64,000 bases of DNA from Candidatus Aenigmatarchaeota archaeon (GCA_018920305.1 JAHLMO010000002.1:7580-71579), one strand, 5' to 3'. Positions 28,911-39,547 are shown, counted from the first letter of the stretch. Translations and numbers: made by a program. The notes: a model not told the origin generated them from the sequence alone.

Positions 28911-30107
28911 TTATACTAATGTTTTTTGTGTTTTTGTTAGAATATCAACTAAACTATCAACATCACCATCTTCAAATAACTCTAGTAGTTTTTCAAAATT
29001 AAAAGAGTTAGAAAAGTTTTTTTCTTTCAATCTTTCTAAAAGAACTGATAAAATAATCTCATCAATGCTCTTTTTTTCTTTTATTATTTGAATTTCTTTT
29101 TGTATTTCTAGTATCTTCTCGCTTTCAATTAAATTTTCAAATCTTATTATTGCTTTATCTTCAAAAACAGATAATATATTCTTTAGAATTCTATCTTCTA
29201 ACTCTTTTTTTCCAACTAGTTTAATTTTTATTACTGACTTTTCTTTATTTTTACTTATTATTTCATTAATTCTTTGAATAAAATTTTCTATTTTGAAATT
29301 ATCGCTTTCGAATTCTAATAGATAATATTTTCTTGGTAGTTCAACTTCCTTAAAAAATATTTTAAAGTTTTTTGAATCATCTTCTATTTCAACAATATTA
29401 TATCCTCTTTTTTCATTAATTTCTTTTTCGCTGATTTGAGTAATTATAGGACTTCCTAATATTAAGAGTGTTAAATTTTCTATTCTTTCAACATTTCTTA
29501 AATGAATGTGTCCATTAACTATTAAATTAAAATCTTTTGGTAAATCGCTTATTTTTAAACTACTTTCTTCTTGAGAATAAATATATGGAAAAATATTTTG
29601 ATGTAAAACTAAAATGTTAAAATAATTTCCAATTGGTTTAGGGTTTAATTTTTCTTTTAGTACATCTTTTGCATATCTTTCTGGTACATTTGACATAGCA
29701 TATATACAGATTTTCTCATTTTCAAAAATTATTTTTCCAATAGTTATATAGTGAAAAAAGTTTAATTCATCAAAAATTTTATAAATAGATGTTTCATCTT
29801 TTAATTTTCTATCGTGATTACCATGAATAGCAAAAATAATTGGGACTTTTTCTTCGAATTCCTTTTCGTTTATTTTAAATTTCAATTTCTTATCTTTCTT
29901 TCTAATCTTTTTAAATATCTGTAAAGTTTTTAGTATAGTTTCGTTATCTGGATCTTTTTCGTCAAATAAATCACCAGCAATAAATATTATTTCGCATTCC
30001 TCAGCTAGTTCTAATAGAATTTTTTCAAACATAATAAAACAATCTTCATATAATTCTCTTTCTTTTCCAAAACCTAAGTGTAAATCAGAAATAAATCCAA
30101 TCTTCAT
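28911..30107 (-). CDS. mre11: DNA double-strand break repair nuclease Mre11
   Basis: Phosphoesterase motifs DLHLG, GDLFD, GNHD, GHIH; precedes rad50. Confidence 0.85.
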   Translation of the reverse strand: MKIGFISDLHLGFGKERELYEDCFIMFEKILLELAEECEIIFIAGDLFDEKDPDNETILKTLQIFKKIRKKDKKLKFKINEKEFEEKVPIIFAIHGNHDRKLKDETSIYKIFDELNFFHYITIGKIIFENEKICIYAMSNVPERYAKDVLKEKLNPKPIGNYFNILVLHQNIFPYIYSQEESSLKISDLPKDFNLIVNGHIHLRNVERIENLTLLILGSPIITQISEKEINEKRGYNIVEIEDDSKNFKIFFKEVELPRKYYLLEFESDNFKIENFIQRINEIISKNKEKSVIKIKLVGKKELEDRILKNILSVFEDKAIIRFENLIESEKILEIQKEIQIIKEKKSIDEIILSVLLERLKEKNFSNSFNFEKLLELFEDGDVDSLVDILTKTQKTLV

Positions 30108-30159
30108 TTAAATTTAATAAAAATTATTAATTTAAATTTTGAGATAATTTAAATTATAA

Positions 30160-30259
<100 letters not shown>

Positions 30260-30310
30260 TAAAAGTAAGCTTGTTTTTCCAAATTTTATATCTAATCTTA
30301 TCTTAACCCT

Positions 30311-30949
30311 TTGATAAATACTCATATCTCTCAAAATAAAGTTTTTGTCCGCTATTTGTTAGATATAACAAATAGATGTATATTTAACTGTATTTATTGT
30401 TATAAGAAGAGTAGGAATTCTGATATTTTAGAGAATAATACAGCATATCTTAAGACAGAAGAGGTGATATATGTTGCAAGAGAGTTGTCAAAAATTGGTT
30501 TTAAGATTGTAGCAATTTCTGGAGGTGAACCTAGTTTACATCCAAATTTATGTAAAATAGTTAAAGAAATTAGAGATAAGACAAAAACTAAAAGTATGTA
30601 TAAGTTTGAGTGGAAACAGAGATATTCGCAATTATTTGAGGAAAAAAATTCATACCAAGTAACTATGACTACTATCAAAAAACTAAAAAAATATAGAGTA
30701 CCTTTTTCTATACATTCAACTATAACTCCAATTAATTATTCTTGTGTTTACGATTTAACAAAATTTTCTAAAAAAGTAGGAGCAATTAGTATAAAGTTAT
30801 CTCATGTCATTTCTTTTGGGCGTGGAAAAAACAAAAATCTTTTTTTATCTAAAACTCAGCTTGATAAATTATTTAAGCTTCAATTCTCAGCAAAAAAAAG
30901 TTTGATATACCAGTTTTTACTAATTTGTGTGATAACTTGCTTTAGATAA
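30311..30949 (+). CDS. Radical SAM domain protein (short, 212 aa; possibly truncated)
   Basis: CxxxCxxC (NRCIFNCIYC) near the N-terminus; GGEP motif. Confidence 0.45.
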   Translation: MINTHISQNKVFVRYLLDITNRCIFNCIYCYKKSRNSDILENNTAYLKTEEVIYVARELSKIGFKIVAISGGEPSLHPNLCKIVKEIRDKTKTKSMYKFEWKQRYSQLFEEKNSYQVTMTTIKKLKKYRVPFSIHSTITPINYSCVYDLTKFSKKVGAISIKLSHVISFGRGKNKNLFLSKTQLDKLFKLQFSAKKSLIYQFLLICVITCFR

Positions 30950-31028
30950 GAAATTTAGTATAGGTTCTTTTTATTTGAGTAGCTAAACTGAAATTATATT
31001 TCCAAATAATTTGAAATATTGATTTGTT

Positions 31029-31649
31029 TTATATTAATTTTTTCATAATCAGATAAATGTTCCTCTTTCTCGGAATTTCTGGATTTTCAATTATAGTATC
31101 AACTAAAAAGTATTTCCTAAAAGATTTTTCCCACATTTTTAACTCTTTATAAGAAAAAGGATAAAACTGAACTCCAACAACTCCTCCATCTTTGAGTATA
31201 TAATTTATACCTTCTGCAATTTTTTCCATATCTTTTCTCTCTTTTATCCATTGAAATGCTGAAATAGAAATAATGGCATCAAAACTGCTTTTTTCAAAAT
31301 ATTTTTTTAATTCTCTAAAGTCTCCTAAATAAACCTTTAGATTTTTTTCTTTTGCTTTTTCTATCATATATGGGTTTATATCTATTCCAAACGCATCAAA
31401 TCCCACTTCAATTAAAGCTTCCATAGAAAAGCCCACACCACATCCTAAATCTAATATTGATTTGGGTGGATATATTCCTAATATCTCAATTATTTTAAGT
31501 GCATGTATTCTTTGAATTTTTCTTATCGAATTTGAGGCCGCGTATCTTTCTACCATTTCTCTATCATAATACTCTAAAGGAGATTGATATAGTTCTTCTG
31601 GTCTCAAAATTTTAACCTGCCAGTTTTTTTCTATTTCTCTCTCCTTCAT
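31029..31649 (-). CDS. Class I SAM-dependent methyltransferase
   Basis: Motif I LDLGCGVGFS; Rossmann-like methyltransferase fold; 206 aa. Confidence 0.7.
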   Translation of the reverse strand: MKEREIEKNWQVKILRPEELYQSPLEYYDREMVERYAASNSIRKIQRIHALKIIEILGIYPPKSILDLGCGVGFSMEALIEVGFDAFGIDINPYMIEKAKEKNLKVYLGDFRELKKYFEKSSFDAIISISAFQWIKERKDMEKIAEGINYILKDGGVVGVQFYPFSYKELKMWEKSFRKYFLVDTIIENPEIPRKRNIYLIMKKLI

Positions 31650-31947
31650 AACGATAAATAAACAATAAATTTTTAATTTTAATTGACTTTGCGAAATGAA
31701 ATAATATCATTAAAAAAATCAAAATAAATCTATTACAAAACTAAAACAATCAGCGATGATAGAATAATTGATTGTAAAAGGTAATTTTGTTTGAATGAAA
31801 CAAAAACAAATACATATAGCAAAACATAGAAATTTTGGAAGGATTAGAAAAAAACTTCCCTTCGATTTTATTAGGGAGTAAGAAATTAGTTACTTAAAAA
31901 GACTCTACATAAGAAATATTTTAATATCGAATAAATTAAAGTTTTTT

Positions 31948-33138
31948 ATGAATAAAATTCTTTTGGATAATAATTTAAAAATTTATACAATAAAAACTGA
32001 AAATAAAAATATTGGAATAGGAATAGGAGTAAATGTAGGAAGTATATATGAAGAAATTCCGGGAATTTCTCATTTTTTAGAGCATATGATGTTTAAAAGT
32101 AACAAAAAATATTCGTCTCAACAAATTGATGAAGGTTTAGAATTATCTGGAGCCATTTCAAACGCTTTTACATCAACATGTTTAACTTTTTATTTTGTAG
32201 AAACAATTCCACACGGTTTTAGCAAAATAATTGATATTTTGTTTTCAATGTTTTCTAATGAAAAATTTAAGGAAGAAGAATTTGAAAAAGAAAAGAAGGT
32301 CGTTCTTAGTGAAATAGAAAGAAACGAGAATAATCCAGAAGATAGATTAATCTCTTCTATTCCAAACTCAGTATTTGGAAATTCTGATTATGGAAGAAGT
32401 ATAATTGGGAATAGAGAAAGTATAGAGAGTATTACTAAAAAAGATTTGGAAGAATTTAAAGAAAAATATTATTCTGCAAATAACATGTTCATTTTGTTAG
32501 AGGGAAATTTTAACAAAAAACATATAGATTTGGTTATAAAATATTTTTCAAAATTAGAAAATAAAGATGTAAAATTAAAAATACCTACGAAATCGAAAGG
32601 AAAAGATATCTATTTAAATCTTTATACTCAAAATCAAATATATTTTGCATTAAGTAAAAATTATAAAATCGAGGAATTTTTTGATTTAGAGGCATTATCA
32701 TCAATACTTTCCGGTGGAATTTCTTCTAAATTATTTCAAATATTTAGAAATAAATATGGAATTGGATATGTTCAACAATTAGAAAATACATATATTTATC
32801 CGGAGCAAATAATTTTCTCATTATTGATTCCTGGTTTTGAAAAGGAAAAAGAACAAATATTGGAGAAGGCGATTAACGAAATAATTAGTAATTATAGTGA
32901 TTATATAAGTAGTGAATATGTAAATGGTAGAATCAAAAGACAAAAATTGGTTTTTGAAAAAATTAAAAATAATTTATTTAAAAAAATGTACTATGATGCA
33001 TTATTAATAAAGTTGTTTGATATATCTTTTGAGCAATTTGAAAAAATTATTTTTACAAAAATGAAAAATTACGAAAAATTAGAAAAATATTTGGAGTCTT
33101 TAGAAAAAGGAAACAGAGTAATTATTTATCCTAAATAA
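31948..33138 (+). CDS. M16-family (insulinase/pitrilysin-like) zinc peptidase
   Basis: Inverted zinc motif HFLEH..(E); 396 aa. Confidence 0.7.
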   Translation: MNKILLDNNLKIYTIKTENKNIGIGIGVNVGSIYEEIPGISHFLEHMMFKSNKKYSSQQIDEGLELSGAISNAFTSTCLTFYFVETIPHGFSKIIDILFSMFSNEKFKEEEFEKEKKVVLSEIERNENNPEDRLISSIPNSVFGNSDYGRSIIGNRESIESITKKDLEEFKEKYYSANNMFILLEGNFNKKHIDLVIKYFSKLENKDVKLKIPTKSKGKDIYLNLYTQNQIYFALSKNYKIEEFFDLEALSSILSGGISSKLFQIFRNKYGIGYVQQLENTYIYPEQIIFSLLIPGFEKEKEQILEKAINEIISNYSDYISSEYVNGRIKRQKLVFEKIKNNLFKKMYYDALLIKLFDISFEQFEKIIFTKMKNYEKLEKYLESLEKGNRVIIYPK

Positions 33139-33151
33139 AAATAAAATTAAA

Positions 33152-33223
33152 TGGACCGGCGGGGATTCGAACCCCGGGCCTCCCGCTTGCAAGGCGGGCG
33201 CTCTTCCACTGAGCTACCGGCCC
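33152..33223 (-). tRNA. tRNA-Ala (anticodon UGC)
   Basis: GGGCCGGTAGCTCAGTGGAAGAGCGCCCGCCTTGCAAGCGGGAGGCCCGGGGTTCGAATCCCCGCCGGTCCA with the G3:U70 Ala identity pair. Confidence 0.9.
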
Positions 33224-33304
33224 ATATAAATTATAAAATTGTAATTTTATCTAGTTTAATTTTTTAATATTTTATTTAATTTTTAACTTTGTCGTATATT
33301 AATT

Positions 33305-35758
33305 ATGGTTTACATTAAAAAAATTATTTTACAGGGTTTTAAAAGTTTTAATAGAAAAACTGTTATTCAGTTTATAAATGGTTTGAACGTAATAATAGGA
33401 CCTAATGGAAGTGGAAAATCTAATATAATAGATGCAATTTGTTTTGTTTTGGGAAAAATTTCTGCAAAACAAATGAGAGCAGAAAAATTAAGTGAATTAA
33501 TTTTTAGAGGAACTGAAACTAAAAAGCCAGCTGATATAGCTTCTGTTTCGATAATTTTTGACAATTCGGATAGAAAATTTCCAATAGATAGCGATGAAGT
33601 TATAATAACTAGAAAAGTCAATAGAAAAGGTCATACAATTTATAAAATAAATGATAAAACTGAAACTAGAGAAAGAGTATTAGAATTATTAAGTTTTGCA
33701 AACTTAAGGCCAGATGGTTATAATATAATTTTACAAGGAGATGTAACTAGAATAGTTGAAATGAGTGAAAAGGAAAGAAGAGAAATTATCGATCAACTTT
33801 CTGGAATTTATGAATATAATCAAAAGAAGGAAAAAGCTTTACAAGATCTAGAAAAAATAGAACAAAGATTAAGAGAATTTGAAATTATAATTACAGAAAA
33901 ATATAAAAAATATAAAGAATTAGAAGAGCAAAAAAATTTGGCATTAAAATATAAAGAGTTAGAAAGAGAGTTAAGAACTATTAAAAAATCTTTATTAATC
34001 AAAAAAATAGAAGAAATTGATAATCAAATAGAAATTATTAAAAAACAAAATGAAGAATTTGAAAAAAGTATTCAAGAAATTTCTGAAAAAATTTTAAATT
34101 TAGATAAAGAAATTGATGAAAAAGAAAAAGAAATTGAAAAACTTTTAAAAACTATAAAGCAAATAAGTAAGAAAGAGGAGGAAAGTAATTTAAAAGTTGA
34201 ATTAGAAATTAAAAAAACTAGATACGAATATAATAGAAAAGAAATTGAAAGATTATTAAATGTAATACATAGTTTAGAAAGTATCAAAAGCGAAAGAGAA
34301 ATTCCTATTGCGGTAAAAGAAATTTTAAATTTAGGTTTAAACGGTGTATATGGAACTATTCACAATTTAATGAGAGTTCCAGAAGAATATCAATTAGCAA
34401 TTGAAATTGCTGCAGCTAATCATTTATTTGATATTGTTGTTGAAAATTTTGAAGTTGCAAAAGCGTGCATAGAATATTTGAAAAAGGAAAAAATAGGTAG
34501 AGCGACTTTTTTACCTCTAGATAAAATTAATTACAAAAGATTGGATGAAAGATTTTTAGAAATAGATGGTGTCATAGGAATTGCAAGTGATTTAATAGAA
34601 TATGATAAAAAATTTCAACCTGCCTTCGAATTTGTTTTTGGTACTACTTTAATAATTAAAGATTTAGATACAGCAAAAAGAGTTGGAATAGGAAAAGTTA
34701 GAATGGTAACATTAGAAGGAGATCTAATAGAGAGAAGCGGAGCAGTTAGTGGTGGATATGTTGTGAAAAAAATTATTACAGATACTTCAAAATCTAAAGA
34801 AATAGAAAAGTATAGAGAAATAATTAAAAAATTAGAAGAAGAAAATAGATTGCTAGAAATAGAAATAAAAAGTTTAGAGGAAAAAATAAGAAAAATTAAG
34901 CCAATAGAAATTCAAGTTTTGCCTGAAATAGATGAAAAAGAATTAGAAAAAATAAGAAGAGAAAGAAAAAAATTGTTCGACGAAAAAATTAATTTACAAA
35001 ATAAGATAGCGAATAATAAAATTAAAATTGCTAAACTAGAAGCTGAAAAAGAGAGATATATAACTGAATTAGAAGAGTTTAAAGATATTGAAAAAATTAT
35101 CGATGAAAGCATAGAAAAACTTACAATAATGTATGATAAGGTCTATTTTGAATTAAAATCACTAGGACCTATAAATTTTAAAGCAATAGATGAATTTGAG
35201 AAAATTAAGGAAGAATTCGAAAATTTAAAGCAAAAATTCGATAAAATAAAGGAAGAAAAAAATAAAGTAATTGAAATGATTAATGAAATAGAAAAGAAAA
35301 GAAGAGAAACTTTCTTTAATACTTTAAATTTAGTTTCAGAAAGATTTAATTATTTATTCAATAAAGTTGTTGGAGGAGAAGCAAGGCTAGAGTTAGAAGA
35401 TAATAGTAATTTAGATAGCGGATTACTAATAAAAGTTAAATTTCCAGAAAAGGGATACGTTGAATTAGATAGTTTATCTGGTGGAGAAAAAACATTAGTT
35501 GCTATTTTATTTTTATTATCTTTGCAATTAATAAAACCTACAGCTTTTTATGCATTAGACGAAATTGACGCAGCTTTAGATAAAATAAATTCAGAAAAAA
35601 TTGCAAACTTATTAAAGGAAATTTCCAAAACAACGCAAATAATTATAATAACTCATAACGATATTACAGTAAAGTATGCAGATACACTATATGGAGTTAC
35701 TTTAGATGAGGGAGAATCTAAAATACTTAGTTTAAAAATAGAGGAATATGCAAGATAG
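33305..35758 (+). CDS. smc: Chromosome segregation protein SMC (short-armed, 817 aa)
   Basis: N-terminal GPNGSGKSNIIDAICFVLG; hinge GVYGTIHNLMRV...; C-terminal LSGGEKTLVAILF...DEIDAALD. Confidence 0.8.
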   Translation: MVYIKKIILQGFKSFNRKTVIQFINGLNVIIGPNGSGKSNIIDAICFVLGKISAKQMRAEKLSELIFRGTETKKPADIASVSIIFDNSDRKFPIDSDEVIITRKVNRKGHTIYKINDKTETRERVLELLSFANLRPDGYNIILQGDVTRIVEMSEKERREIIDQLSGIYEYNQKKEKALQDLEKIEQRLREFEIIITEKYKKYKELEEQKNLALKYKELERELRTIKKSLLIKKIEEIDNQIEIIKKQNEEFEKSIQEISEKILNLDKEIDEKEKEIEKLLKTIKQISKKEEESNLKVELEIKKTRYEYNRKEIERLLNVIHSLESIKSEREIPIAVKEILNLGLNGVYGTIHNLMRVPEEYQLAIEIAAANHLFDIVVENFEVAKACIEYLKKEKIGRATFLPLDKINYKRLDERFLEIDGVIGIASDLIEYDKKFQPAFEFVFGTTLIIKDLDTAKRVGIGKVRMVTLEGDLIERSGAVSGGYVVKKIITDTSKSKEIEKYREIIKKLEEENRLLEIEIKSLEEKIRKIKPIEIQVLPEIDEKELEKIRRERKKLFDEKINLQNKIANNKIKIAKLEAEKERYITELEEFKDIEKIIDESIEKLTIMYDKVYFELKSLGPINFKAIDEFEKIKEEFENLKQKFDKIKEEKNKVIEMINEIEKKRRETFFNTLNLVSERFNYLFNKVVGGEARLELEDNSNLDSGLLIKVKFPEKGYVELDSLSGGEKTLVAILFLLSLQLIKPTAFYALDEIDAALDKINSEKIANLLKEISKTTQIIIITHNDITVKYADTLYGVTLDEGESKILSLKIEEYAR

Positions 35759-36449
35759 CAGCAATGTTAGCATTTTTGAAATTATAGAAAGTGGAAATTG
35801 GGAAAAATTAATTTATCATATAGTAGAAATAGAAAATTTAAATCCTTATGATATAGATTTAGTTAGACTTTGTGATAAATTCTTGGAATATATAAAGAAA
35901 GCAGAAGAACTAGATTTTAGAATTCCGGCAAAAGTTCTATATATTGCAATTTTCTTATTAAAATTAAAAGTTGATTTGTTATTTCCAAAAGAACAGGAGA
36001 TTCAAGAAAAAATTAGAGAAATTCTAGATTTGCCACAAATAGATATTAGTAATTTAGAACTAAATTTACCGATTAAAAGGTTACCAATATCTCAAGTGAC
36101 TTTAGATGAATTAATTTTTTCGCTAAAAAAAATTTTAGCTCAAAAGGAAAAAAAGGAAAAAAGACTTCTTAAAAGAAAGGCTCTCGAAGAAAATATTATA
36201 AATAGAATAGAAGAAATTGATATAGATAAGATTATTAGAGAAGTTTTTCAAAAAATTTTGGAATTAATAAAAAATAGAGAAAAAATTTTTTTTGAAGAAA
36301 TTTTAGAGAAAAGAGAGTGGAAAGAAATATATATTAAATTTTTTTCAATTCTCCAATTAGAGTTAGAGAAAAAAATTAAAACTTTACAAGAAGAACCTTT
36401 TGGAAAAATTTATATTTTTAATAATAATAATAGATATGAAAAAATCTAG
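35748..36449 (+). CDS. scpA: Segregation and condensation protein A (kleisin ScpA)
   Basis: Immediately downstream of and overlapping smc; N-terminal ScpA-like segment; 233 aa. Confidence 0.6.
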   Translation: MQDSSNVSIFEIIESGNWEKLIYHIVEIENLNPYDIDLVRLCDKFLEYIKKAEELDFRIPAKVLYIAIFLLKLKVDLLFPKEQEIQEKIREILDLPQIDISNLELNLPIKRLPISQVTLDELIFSLKKILAQKEKKEKRLLKRKALEENIINRIEEIDIDKIIREVFQKILELIKNREKIFFEEILEKREWKEIYIKFFSILQLELEKKIKTLQEEPFGKIYIFNNNNRYEKI

Positions 36450-37053
36450 TAGAACAAAAGTTATCAAGATTAAGATTAACATATTTCTTATTGCATTTAT
36501 ATTATTAACTATACTTTTATCCTTTCTAATTTATTTTTCAGTTTATAATTATAATTCACAAAGGGCTAAAGAATTTTATTTTGACTATAAAGGATATTTG
36601 ATAGAATTTAGAAGACCTATATCTAATTCTTATAAAGTTAAGGTTTTTCCTAATGAAAGTATGCTAAATTTGTCTACATATTCATTAGCATTAGGAATTT
36701 ATAAAAATTTAAGTATTGTTATTCTTGAAAAAGATAACAATCAAGCAACAGCCATTCAAGCAGCTGAAATAATTTCAAAAGTAAAAAATGTTTTAGACTT
36801 CGAATTAAAAAATTATAATGAAGGAATTGGAATTAACTTAATTAAATTAAAAACAGATTTATACGAATTAAACATTTCAAATAGAGAATATTACGTTTTT
36901 TTAAGATCTTATTTATTTTCTAACGAAACTTACATCAAAGTTCATAGAATAAATCTAATAGAAATAACTGGAAAAAATTTAGAAGAATTTGATTTAGCGA
37001 CAATAAGATTTTTGATTAGTTTTTTGGAAAATATGAAAAATCTCTATAAATAA
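36400..37053 (+). CDS. Hypothetical membrane-anchored protein
   Basis: N-terminal TM helix FLIAFILLTILLSFLIYF. Confidence 0.3.
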   Translation: MEKFIFLIIIIDMKKSSRTKVIKIKINIFLIAFILLTILLSFLIYFSVYNYNSQRAKEFYFDYKGYLIEFRRPISNSYKVKVFPNESMLNLSTYSLALGIYKNLSIVILEKDNNQATAIQAAEIISKVKNVLDFELKNYNEGIGINLIKLKTDLYELNISNREYYVFLRSYLFSNETYIKVHRINLIEITGKNLEEFDLATIRFLISFLENMKNLYK

Positions 37054-37056
37054 TTT

Positions 37057-37887
37057 ATGATAAGATTAGGGCCAGCTGGATTACCAACTACACTTTCTTC
37101 GAAAAATAAAAATACAATAGAAGGAATTAAAGAAGTTAGAAATTTAGGATTAAATGCAATGGAAATAGAATTTGTAAGAAATATATATTTAAACGAAAAA
37201 AGCGCAGAAGAAGTTGGAAAGATTGCAAAAGAATTAGATGTTGAATTAAGTATACATGCCCCATATTTTATTAATTTACTTGGTGAAAAAGAAGAAACAG
37301 TTAAAAAAAGTAAAGAATTGATATTAAAATGTTTAAAATTAGCAGAAATAATGGATGCAAAATTTGTTGTTGTTCATGCAGCTTATTATGGAAAACTAAG
37401 TAAGGAAGAAGCTTTTGAGAAAATGAAAAAAATAACAATAGAGTTGTTAGATAAAATGAAAGAGCTAAAAATTAAAAATTCTGTTCTACTTTATGAAACA
37501 ATGGCAAAATCTTCTCAATTTGCAGATTTTGAAACTTTAGTAAAATTAAAAAACGAAATTAATAGTAAGCAATTTAGTATTTGTATCGATTTTGCGCACA
37601 TTTTTGCATATAATAATGGAAAAATTGATTTTAACAAAATTTTTGATTTAGCTAATTTTGAATATTATCATACGCATTTTTCAAATGTTAAATTTAATTT
37701 AAAAACAAAAAAGTTTGTTGATATACACACTAATATAAACTCTCATCCAAAATTTGAGGATTTAGCAAAAACTCTAATTGAAAGAAATATTGAAAATATA
37801 ACAATAATTTCTGAAAGTCCTATTTTGGAGCAAGATAGTTTAAAAATGAAAAAAATATTAGAAAGATTTGGATATAAATTTGGTTAA
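37057..37887 (+). CDS. nfo: AP endonuclease family 2 / endonuclease IV-like (xylose isomerase-like TIM barrel)
   Basis: SIHAPYFINL (Nfo signature HAPYLINL); further Nfo/AP-endonuclease family 2 similarity. Confidence 0.6.
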   Translation: MIRLGPAGLPTTLSSKNKNTIEGIKEVRNLGLNAMEIEFVRNIYLNEKSAEEVGKIAKELDVELSIHAPYFINLLGEKEETVKKSKELILKCLKLAEIMDAKFVVVHAAYYGKLSKEEAFEKMKKITIELLDKMKELKIKNSVLLYETMAKSSQFADFETLVKLKNEINSKQFSICIDFAHIFAYNNGKIDFNKIFDLANFEYYHTHFSNVKFNLKTKKFVDIHTNINSHPKFEDLAKTLIERNIENITIISESPILEQDSLKMKKILERFGYKFG

Positions 37888-37899
37888 AATTATTTTTCT

Positions 37900-38316
37900 A
37901 TGATTAAAAAGGTATCTTGTGGGGCTATTGTCTTTTATAAGGAAAACGATAATATTGAGTTTTTAGTCTTAAAATATCCAAATTATTGGGGATTTCCAAA
38001 AGGAGAAAAAGAAAAAAACGAGAGCGAAATAGAGGCAGCAAAGAGAGAAATAAAAGAAGAAACAAATTTAGATGTTGAATTTATTCCTGGTTTTAGAAGG
38101 GAGTATGAATATTCTTATTGGCTTCATGGAAAGCTAATAAGAAAAAGAGCTATATTTTTTTTAGCAAGAGCTAAATCAAAAGATGTAAAAATATCTTGGG
38201 AGCACGAAGATTTTAAATGGTTAAATTTTGAAGAAGCAATCAAATTGTTAAATTTTGAAGAAGATAAAGAAAATTTAAAACTTGCATATGAATTTATTAA
38301 GAAATTGAATCTATAA
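37900..38316 (+). CDS. NUDIX hydrolase
   Basis: Nudix box GFPKGEKEKNESEIEAAKREIKEETNL. Confidence 0.75.
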   Translation: MIKKVSCGAIVFYKENDNIEFLVLKYPNYWGFPKGEKEKNESEIEAAKREIKEETNLDVEFIPGFRREYEYSYWLHGKLIRKRAIFFLARAKSKDVKISWEHEDFKWLNFEEAIKLLNFEEDKENLKLAYEFIKKLNL

Positions 38317-38365
38317 ATCTTCAAATATTTCTCTTATATACAAATCACTATAAAAAGTAATTTTG

Positions 38366-38773
38366 CTAAACTTTTATAATGTCTAATAATATAGAGGGAC
38401 AAACTTTTTTAACTCCATCAATAGAAGAAATTTTTTTATGCAAATTTTCTAATTCTTTGATATCATCTACTATAACTTCGATAATTATAGTATGATCACC
38501 GCTAGTAAGATATATCGAAAAGATTTCATTATATGATTTTAATTTTTCCAATATATCGATTAATTTTTCTGATTCTACATCTATTCCTGTTATCGAATAA
38601 AGAAGATTTGCACGCTTAAAATTTATTATTGGTTTAAACCCTAATAATATTTTTTCTTTTTTTAATTTTTGTATTTTCTTTCTTATGGCAACTTCAGATT
38701 TATTTAATTTTTTTGCTATTTCCTTTTTTGAATAACCTTTTAAAAGCATTTTTAATAAAATTTCCCTTTCCAT
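38366..38773 (-). CDS. Lrp/AsnC-family transcriptional regulator
   Basis: N-terminal HTH; C-terminal RAM-like domain; 135 aa. Confidence 0.7.
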   Translation of the reverse strand: MEREILLKMLLKGYSKKEIAKKLNKSEVAIRKKIQKLKKEKILLGFKPIINFKRANLLYSITGIDVESEKLIDILEKLKSYNEIFSIYLTSGDHTIIIEVIVDDIKELENLHKKISSIDGVKKVCPSILLDIIKV

Positions 38774-38878
38774 AAAATTTTTAAATCATTAAATAATTTA
38801 AATAACAATTTTGTATCGTTTTGATAAATTTTTTTATTAAAAAGAAAAGTATTTATATTTTTTCGATAAAATAATAGT

Positions 38879-39547
38879 ATGAATAGTGAAACTAATGTAA
38901 TACGCTTAGGAGACAAGTTTCCAGAAATGCAAGTAGTAACAACAGACGGTATAAAAGTAATACCTAACGACTATAAAGGAAAGTGGCTAGTACTATTTGC
39001 ACATCCAGCAGATTTTACACCAGTTTGTACAACAGAATTTGTAGCATTTCAAAAAAGATATGAAGAATTTAAAAAATTAAACACAGAACTTTTAGGTTTA
39101 AGCATTGATCAAGTCTTTAGTCATATAAAATGGATAGAATGGATAAAAGAAAAATTAGGAGTAGAAATAAAGTTTCCAATTATAGCAGATGATTTAGGAG
39201 AAGTTTCTAAAAAATTAGGATTAATTCATCCTACTAAAGGAACAAATACAGTAAGAGGTGTATATATAATAGATCCAGAAGGTATTGTAAGAGTAATGTT
39301 GTTTTATCCACAAGAAATAGGTAGAAATATTGATGAAATATTGAGAATCATTAAGGCTTTACAAACTAGTGATAAGCATAAAGTTGCTATACCTGCAAAT
39401 TGGCCAAATAACGAATTAATAGGAGATAAAGTTATAATACCTCCAAGAAAAAGTCTCAGTGAAGCTAATGAGTACAATGAAAAATTAGCTAAGAAAGAAT
39501 TAGAAGGTTACGATTGGTGGTTTGTATATAAAAGTATAAAAGAATAA
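38879..39547 (+). CDS. Peroxiredoxin (Prx6-like thiol peroxidase)
   Basis: Peroxidatic Cys motif FTPVCTTE; 222 aa. Confidence 0.85.
   Translation: MNSETNVIRLGDKFPEMQVVTTDGIKVIPNDYKGKWLVLFAHPADFTPVCTTEFVAFQKRYEEFKKLNTELLGLSIDQVFSHIKWIEWIKEKLGVEIKFPIIADDLGEVSKKLGLIHPTKGTNTVRGVYIIDPEGIVRVMLFYPQEIGRNIDEILRIIKALQTSDKHKVAIPANWPNNELIGDKVIIPPRKSLSEANEYNEKLAKKELEGYDWWFVYKSIKE

Noticed and set aside
31650-31947. Possible C/D-box sRNA in the ~300-bp intergenic region (gcgatgataga...)
   Set aside because: There is no proper RUGAUGA C box paired with a CUGA D box at appropriate spacing. An AT-rich promoter region of divergent genes is more likely.
33367-35112. Several short minus-strand ORFs inside smc
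   Set aside because: Same antisense coiled-coil artefact as in rad50.
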